This document shows, piece by piece, positions 58,280-64,000 of a stretch of 64,000 nucleotides of DNA; positions within the stretch are counted from its first letter, which is position 1; the number at the start of each line of letters is the position of its first letter. The position numbers and the translations under genes are program-made. The notes below the pieces were generated by a model, which was given only the letters and a program-made list of their open reading frames with translations, was not told the DNA's origin and did no database searches. Origin of the DNA: a virus. The stretch covers positions 64,001-128,000 of IMG/VR virus record IMGVR_UViG_3300025133_000027; one strand, written 5' to 3'.

Positions 58280-59527
58280 ATGTCACAACCAATATTAACT
58301 CCAGCGAGTACAACAAGTACCACAATTTTATCAGCTTCAGCAACGCCTGCGGAGGCTGCTGCTTATGCTTTTAAAGCAGACGCTTATGCAGCAAATCAAT
58401 ATTTTTTATCAGGAGCGGCGGATCAGGTATCTTATACATATAAGAGATTGGGTGGCGATGTTCTTGATATCGAAATTGTTAATGATATGGTCTTCGAAGC
58501 ATATGAAGAAGCAGTTGTGGAATATAGTTATCTTGTTAATATTCATCAAGCAAAAAATGCACTCCCGAGTCTTCTTGGAGACACTACAGGAAGTTTTGAT
58601 CATACAGGACAATTAATATCAGGCGATTCCCTTGAAAACATTAATGTCGAGTTAAAGTATCCAAGGTTTGAAATGCCACATCCAAAAAGAGTCGGAATTG
58701 GACTTGGACGAGAAGGCGGGTTCGGTGGCGACGCTCAAATTCACACAGGTTCTTTTACTCCGGTGGTAAGACAGCAAGAATACGATCTACAGGCTTTAGT
58801 GTCTGATAGCCATCCAACTCTTGATATTGGAAATAAAAGAATTGTTATTCAAACAGTATATTATAAGACTCCAAGAACTATGTGGAGGTTCTTTTCATAT
58901 TATGGTGGCTTGAATGTTGTTGGAAACCTTATGGACTATGGACAATACTCAGACCGCTCTACATATGAGATTGTTCCAACTTGGCAAAATAAGTTGCAGG
59001 CCATGCAGTTTGAAGACTCTTTATATACAAGAACTTCACACTACTCTTATGATGTGATTAATAATAGGTTGAGAATATTTCCAACTCCAGAAGCTTCATT
59101 GTATCCAGATAAGATTTATTTTAGATTTTATGTCCCAGCAGATGCTTGGGTTGAAGAGGCTGATCGCCAAACTGGCACTTCTGGTATCAACAATATGAAT
59201 ACACTTCCTTTTGCTAACGTACCATATACAAGCATCAACTCAATTGGCAAGCAGTGGATTCGTAGATATGGCTTTTCTGTGGCTAAAAGGATGCTTGGAC
59301 GGGTGCGCTCCAAATTGGACAGCCTCCCCTTCTCAGGGCAAGATGTGACCCTGGATGGGAAAGACCTCATTTCAGAGGCAACAGAGGAACAAGAAAAGCT
59401 CAGAGAAGAGCTTAAAACTGTTCTTGACGAGCTTACTTATAATCAAGTGGCAGAGAATCAAGCAAAGATGGTCGAGGATTCCAGGAAGGCTATACGCGGA
59501 ACACCTCTTAAGATTTACGTGGGATAA
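58280..59527 (+). CDS. Neck protein / head-tail adaptor, gp13-like
   Basis: RLGG.VLDIEI N-terminal motif; QWIRRY...K.MLG.VRSK...VTLDG..L..EA..E...LREEL. Confidence 0.85.
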   Translation: MSQPILTPASTTSTTILSASATPAEAAAYAFKADAYAANQYFLSGAADQVSYTYKRLGGDVLDIEIVNDMVFEAYEEAVVEYSYLVNIHQAKNALPSLLGDTTGSFDHTGQLISGDSLENINVELKYPRFEMPHPKRVGIGLGREGGFGGDAQIHTGSFTPVVRQQEYDLQALVSDSHPTLDIGNKRIVIQTVYYKTPRTMWRFFSYYGGLNVVGNLMDYGQYSDRSTYEIVPTWQNKLQAMQFEDSLYTRTSHYSYDVINNRLRIFPTPEASLYPDKIYFRFYVPADAWVEEADRQTGTSGINNMNTLPFANVPYTSINSIGKQWIRRYGFSVAKRMLGRVRSKLDSLPFSGQDVTLDGKDLISEATEEQEKLREELKTVLDELTYNQVAENQAKMVEDSRKAIRGTPLKIYVG

Positions 59528-59532
59528 AAGTT

Positions 59533-59733
59533 ATGTTTGAAAAGTGGAAACTATTTCTCGAAGCAAAATGCAAGACTCCTGGCGCAATCTATCACTTTAA
59601 TATTAATAATAAAAGTGTTGGAGTTGAGGTAGAGTTGCCCTCTGAAATCGATCTTGATGAAGAGAAGGCTAAAGAACTTGAAAATGAAATACATGATGCA
59701 CTAGAGAACATATTAGCGAGGTTTTTTGAATAA
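59533..59733 (+). CDS. Small acidic protein with capsid-targeting-like leader
   Basis: MFEKWKLFLE resembles T4 internal-protein leaders (MKTYQEFIAE). Confidence 0.55.
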   Translation: MFEKWKLFLEAKCKTPGAIYHFNINNKSVGVEVELPSEIDLDEEKAKELENEIHDALENILARFFE

Positions 59734-60218
59734 TGGCAGACGAATGGACACAACCAGCAGCACCTCCTTCACCTCTTTTTACTGGAAAGAAAGAAAAGGA
59801 TTTTGTTAAACAAGTAGCTGACGAAGTTATAGAAAGAGTTATTGGGCAAGCAATTATGTATTACCCAATAAGTATTGAAGATACCAACTTTCATCCCCTA
59901 TATGGTGAAGCGATCGAAAAAACATTCCTTCCACCAGTCAGAGTGTATGCATTGGTTGAGTTAACAGAATATGTAACAGAAACAACAGATTTGGGTGTTG
60001 ACCATAGGTCTTCCATTGTTGTTAACTTTCATAAGCGACGCTTAACTGAGGATCAAAATCTGTATGTCAGAGAAGGTGATTTCGTGCTCTATGACGATAT
60101 CTATTATGAAATTGTAATGATCGGGGAACCAAGAAGGCTATTTGGTCAGATGGACTCCCGAATTGAAATCTCAGCAACCTGTATTAGAGCTAGAGATGGG
60201 AAGTTTAACGCGAAATGA
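59733..60218 (+). CDS. Neck/head-closure protein, gp14-like
   Basis: E.IE..IGQ.I.YY, LYGEA..K.F, REGDFV...YYEI. Confidence 0.8.
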   Translation: MADEWTQPAAPPSPLFTGKKEKDFVKQVADEVIERVIGQAIMYYPISIEDTNFHPLYGEAIEKTFLPPVRVYALVELTEYVTETTDLGVDHRSSIVVNFHKRRLTEDQNLYVREGDFVLYDDIYYEIVMIGEPRRLFGQMDSRIEISATCIRARDGKFNAK

Positions 60219-61006
60219 AAACACTAGTTTATGTGCCATCAACAATAGAAACAGTAGATTACGCTCTGTATGACTGGTTAGAAGGTCTCAATATCAAAAC
60301 GAGAACTAATAGTGGAGTCAGAGTGGTTCCGTTGGTATGGCTTTCCTCAGAAAGAGTCTTTCAGGTTAAGAATGATAAAGATTTACGAGAAGTAGATTCA
60401 AATTCAATTATCTTGCCAATTATAACAATTGAAAGAACATCTATGTCTAAAACTCCTGCCGGTGAGAGAGCTTTTCCTGGAAACGTGTTTCCGGTTAATG
60501 ACCATCGCAAAGGGGCTGTAACTATATATAAGAAAATAGTTCAAGATAAGACTGCCAACTTTGCGAATGCAGATTCAAAACGAGTATATGGGCAAAACAA
60601 CTTCCCTTTTGACAACAAGAAGGTGGTTAATAAGGCTATCTCCATCCCATATCCAGTCTTTATGAATATGAACTATACGATTAAGATTAGAACAGATTAC
60701 TTACAACAGATGAATGAAGCAACAACTCCGTTTTATAGATATACAAGTGGTATCAATCAGTTTATTGTAAAACGTGATGGACATCGATATGAGGCCTTTC
60801 TTGATGATGACTTTCCGATTGAAAGTAATGCCTCTGGTTTAGGTGAGGAAGAAAAGAAGTTTGAAGCAACAATATCGATTAAGGTTTTAGGTTATTTAAG
60901 CTCAGACGATACTAATCAAGAATCCCCAGAAGTCGTAGTAAGAGAAAATGCAGTTCAAGTAAGAATGCAAAGAGAACGGAGCGTCCTAGACAGCGAATCT
61001 TTTTAG
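60215..61006 (+). CDS. Tail terminator/sheath stabiliser, gp15-like
   Basis: VPLVW.SSER, LPIITIER, P.PV...MNY.I.I.T.Y..QMN, KVLGYL. Confidence 0.8.
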   Translation: MKTLVYVPSTIETVDYALYDWLEGLNIKTRTNSGVRVVPLVWLSSERVFQVKNDKDLREVDSNSIILPIITIERTSMSKTPAGERAFPGNVFPVNDHRKGAVTIYKKIVQDKTANFANADSKRVYGQNNFPFDNKKVVNKAISIPYPVFMNMNYTIKIRTDYLQQMNEATTPFYRYTSGINQFIVKRDGHRYEAFLDDDFPIESNASGLGEEEKKFEATISIKVLGYLSSDDTNQESPEVVVRENAVQVRMQRERSVLDSESF

Positions 61007-61033
61007 ATGTTATCGAAATTGAGTCTTTATCAA

Positions 61034-61043
61034 ACTATTTATT
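61034..61043 (+). promoter_or_regulatory. Putative late promoter (ACTATTTATT)
   Basis: Intergenic before the sheath gene; a second variant tctattta lies at 61063. Confidence 0.6.
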
Positions 61044-61083
61044 GTAGTGATTGCACACGAGATCTATTTAGGAGCAATTTATA

Positions 61084-64000
61084 ATGGCAGAATCAGCAAA
61101 GAATTTTCATTTCAGATCCCCTGGGATTAAGACACAAGAAATCGACCAATCGGAGATCCCAAACGCTGCGGAAGCACTTGGACCCGTAATTATTGGACGT
61201 GCAAAACGCGGACCAGCGTTTAAACCTGTTAAAGTCAACTCCTTTGATGAGTTTGTTAAGATCTTTGGCGAGCCTGTTGCTGGTGGAACTTCAAATGATG
61301 TTTGGAGAGACGGCAATCTTACCTCCCCAATGTATGGAGTCTATGGCGCACAGTCTTGGTTAAAGAATGGTGAAGCTCTTACCTATGTTAGAGTTCTTGG
61401 TGATGCAAGTCCACAAGCAACTTCAGCCGGAAAGGCTGGTTGGACTGCTGGAGCTATTGGGACAGCGAAAGAGGCTGGTGGAGCTTACGGACTGTTTGTA
61501 TTCCCATCTTCAAGTGCTGGCAACGTAGCTACTGCTCATTTGACAGGTGCTCTTGCTGCTGTCTTTTACATGGCCACAGGCTCAGGTGCTCCACAACTAT
61601 CTGGTAACATCTATGCTGCACCAGGGCCAGTCGGTGCTACAACAGCAAGCAACTCTATCCTAATCGAAAGTAATAATTCAGGAGATTTTGTAATTCAATT
61701 TACAGGCTCTAACTTACCATCAAGTAAGACAACTTTTTCGATGACAAAGACGAAAGGCAACTTCATCAGAAAGGTATTTAATACCAACCCAACTCTTCTT
61801 GGAAGAAACAGTGAAACAGATGGTCAAGTTAACTATTTCCTAGGTGAAACCTACGAAGATACTTACAAGAGCGCAGTTTCAACAGGCTCTTATTTTACTG
61901 GTAGCGGTACTATCAGTTCTACTAAGTATGTCGGTGTTATCTTAGGCCTAATGAGTGGAAGTTCGGTAGCAAACCACTCTATTAATCAAAACAGAGCACT
62001 ACAAAGCTCAACTCTTCCAAAATCAGGTTGGTTCTTTACTCAGCATTTGTCACAAGATACTGGTAGTTTTGATCCATCTAGCACAACTTTCTTTACAGAT
62101 GGTACTGTAAAGAAGTTATTCAGATTCGTAGGTTTAGATACTGGCGAAGATCTTCAGAATAACTTCAAAGTATCTATCGCTAACATTAAGCCATCATCTA
62201 ATGAAGATGTAGAGCCTTATGGAACTTTCGATGTTGAAGTTCGTAGAATTCACGACACTGATGAAAATATTTCCATGGTTGAAAGATACGTTGGGTGCAC
62301 TCTGGACGTAAGCGCAGAATCTTACATTCTTAATGTAATCGGTGATAAGTACACAGAATACGACGATACAAAAGCTCGACTTATCGAGAAAGGCTCCTAC
62401 CCAAATAAGTCTAAATACATTAGAGTTGAAATCAACTCAGAGTTTGAGAGTGGTTTCGAGCCATCATATGTTCCTTTCGGAATTACAGGTCCTACAAAGT
62501 ATAAAAACATTGACATCGATTCCGATAGTGCATTACGCGATGCAACTACTGCTTGGGTTACTGGTGGAACTAGCGCAGTATATGGAGCTTCGGCAGATGC
62601 AATAGTCACAGGCTCGGGTGCTGACATTCCTAACTTAAAGATTATGTTCCCAGAAGTTCCTGTTAGAACATCAACCTCGACACTTACTAATATTAGACAA
62701 GGATATTGGGGTGCATACTTAACTCCTGATGGAACAGACGCTTTTAACAATTCAGTAAAAGACCACATTAGGTGCAAGCCAACTAATGTTGCTAACCATG
62801 ATGAAGATACTTCAACAGTTTATCAATGGGTTATCTCACTTGACAACGTTAAGTATGATACAGCACCTGCTGCTAGTGCAAAAGGAGTTGGGACACTTGT
62901 TTACAGCAACTCTGCTAGGTATGATGGTTATTCGCTAACAGCAACAGCATCATTGCCAACTAACTACCCTGATAGTAGCGATGCCCTGCTTTCTTACAAA
63001 GCACCACTCGCTCTTGGAGTTGGTAATCTTACTTCAGTATTCTATGGTGGAACTAACGGCTTTGATATTACAGAGTCCGACCCTCTGAGAAATTCAAAGA
63101 TTGCAACATCACCAACTTTAACAACAGATCCAGTTTATTACTCTTACAGAAGAGCGATTGACACGGTAAAGCATCCAGAAATTGCAGAGTATCACTTGAT
63201 TGCAATCCCTGGAATGAATAACGAGAGTCTAAACAAAACTTTGGTAAACAACTCTGCTGAGAGATCTGATGCTCTTGCTGTCATCGACATTGAAGAGAGT
63301 TACTTGCCTCCTCATGAGAGACTTTATGATTCTAGTGATAGAAATGCTGCTCAAATGGGTGATATTCAAACAGCTCTTGAAACATTTAAGAGTTGGAAGA
63401 TGAACTCAAGTTATGGCGCTGCTTATTACCCATGGGTTCAGATTAGAGACTCAATTAGTGAGAAATCTGTATGGGTCCCACCTTCTGTTGCTGCCCTAGG
63501 AGCTCTGGCTTACACTGACAAGGTTGGTGGTCAATGGCAAGCTCCTGCTGGTTTCAACCGAGCAGGCCTCTCAAGTGGCGAAGCTGGTCTTCCAGTAAGC
63601 AACGTAGCTCTTAAACTCTTTAGTTCTGATAGAGATGACCTATATGACATCAATATCAACCCAATCGCTTCATTCCCAAACCAGGGTGTTGTAATTTGGG
63701 GTCAAAAGACTTTGCAGGTTAAGAGAAGTGGACTTGATAGAGTTAACGTCAGAAGACTAATGTTGCACCTTAAGAGAGGAATCTCACTTATCGGTGACAC
63801 AGTTTTGTTTGAGCCAAACCTTGATGACACTTGGAAGAACTTCAAGAGACAAGCAGAGCCATTTTTGGCAGAAATTAAGGCGAAATTCGGCTTGGTAGAT
63901 TATAAGCTTGTTCTCGATGAAACAACAACAACACCTGATCTAGTCGATCAGAACATAATGTATGTTCAAATTTGGGTTAAACCAGCGAAATCAATTGAAT
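61084..64000 (+). CDS. gp18: Tail sheath protein, gp18-like (3' truncated by window end)
   Basis: Hand translation: FRSPGIKTQEID, GPAFKPVKV...F..IFG, YYPWV, PPS, WQAPAGFNR, INPIASFP, WGQKTLQ, LDRVNVRRL, FEPN; AGGAG RBS. Confidence 0.95.
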   Translation, partial: MAESAKNFHFRSPGIKTQEIDQSEIPNAAEALGPVIIGRAKRGPAFKPVKVNSFDEFVKIFGEPVAGGTSNDVWRDGNLTSPMYGVYGAQSWLKNGEALTYVRVLGDASPQATSAGKAGWTAGAIGTAKEAGGAYGLFVFPSSSAGNVATAHLTGALAAVFYMATGSGAPQLSGNIYAAPGPVGATTASNSILIESNNSGDFVIQFTGSNLPSSKTTFSMTKTKGNFIRKVFNTNPTLLGRNSETDGQVNYFLGETYEDTYKSAVSTGSYFTGSGTISSTKYVGVILGLMSGSSVANHSINQNRALQSSTLPKSGWFFTQHLSQDTGSFDPSSTTFFTDGTVKKLFRFVGLDTGEDLQNNFKVSIANIKPSSNEDVEPYGTFDVEVRRIHDTDENISMVERYVGCTLDVSAESYILNVIGDKYTEYDDTKARLIEKGSYPNKSKYIRVEINSEFESGFEPSYVPFGITGPTKYKNIDIDSDSALRDATTAWVTGGTSAVYGASADAIVTGSGADIPNLKIMFPEVPVRTSTSTLTNIRQGYWGAYLTPDGTDAFNNSVKDHIRCKPTNVANHDEDTSTVYQWVISLDNVKYDTAPAASAKGVGTLVYSNSARYDGYSLTATASLPTNYPDSSDALLSYKAPLALGVGNLTSVFYGGTNGFDITESDPLRNSKIATSPTLTTDPVYYSYRRAIDTVKHPEIAEYHLIAIPGMNNESLNKTLVNNSAERSDALAVIDIEESYLPPHERLYDSSDRNAAQMGDIQTALETFKSWKMNSSYGAAYYPWVQIRDSISEKSVWVPPSVAALGALAYTDKVGGQWQAPAGFNRAGLSSGEAGLPVSNVALKLFSSDRDDLYDININPIASFPNQGVVIWGQKTLQVKRSGLDRVNVRRLMLHLKRGISLIGDTVLFEPNLDDTWKNFKRQAEPFLAEIKAKFGLVDYKLVLDETTTTPDLVDQNIMYVQIWVKPAKSIE

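Noticed and set aside
153-62777. Numerous minus-strand and nested alternative-frame ORFs in the ORF track (e.g. 41858..42415, 153..569, 28833..29204, 62397..62777)
   Set aside because: All lie within well-supported + strand genes, have Ser/Leu/Phe-rich shadow composition and show no recognisable motifs.
1-64000. Stop-codon reassignment, inteins, introns, tRNAs, DGR or transposases
   Set aside because: Core genes are uninterrupted in code 11 and TAA, TAG and TGA all end genes sensibly. No intein or homing-endonuclease motifs, cloverleafs, reverse transcriptase or transposase were seen, and intergenic gaps are mostly too short.

Overview
AT-rich, densely coding 64 kb segment of a large T4-like myovirus (Caudoviricetes; gene sizes suggest a jumbo/huge phage). 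Every credible gene is on the + strand, often coupled by TAATG/ATGA overlaps, and the standard genetic code fits. Gene order: Cas4-like PD-(D/E)XK nuclease; a ~9 kb glycan module (five glycosyltransferases, FkbM methyltransferase, NDP-sugar dehydratase, DegT aminotransferase, cupin); a gp55-like late sigma factor; baseplate and tail-tip genes (spike, gp25, gp6, a 2.6k-aa gp7-like/LamG protein, tail-collar-like paralogues); a DNA-processing island (RuvC-like resolvase, primase, DUF3310, fused Mre11-Rad50); three membrane proteins; terminase, portal, prohead protease, ribosomal protein bS21, scaffold, major capsid, neck and tail-terminator proteins; and a tail sheath gene that runs off the end. 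Best candidate for an undescribed system: phage-encoded virion O-glycosylation. The sugar-synthesis/transferase module co-occurs with a strong excess of the tripeptide [S/T]-G-S in outward-facing virion proteins, which is not seen in enzymes or internal head proteins. Also notable: a recurrent late-promoter-like motif ACTATTTATA (the reverse complement of the T4 late promoter), bS21 within the head module, and a possible small terminase far from the large subunit. All family calls come from motifs recognised by eye; no database searches were run.
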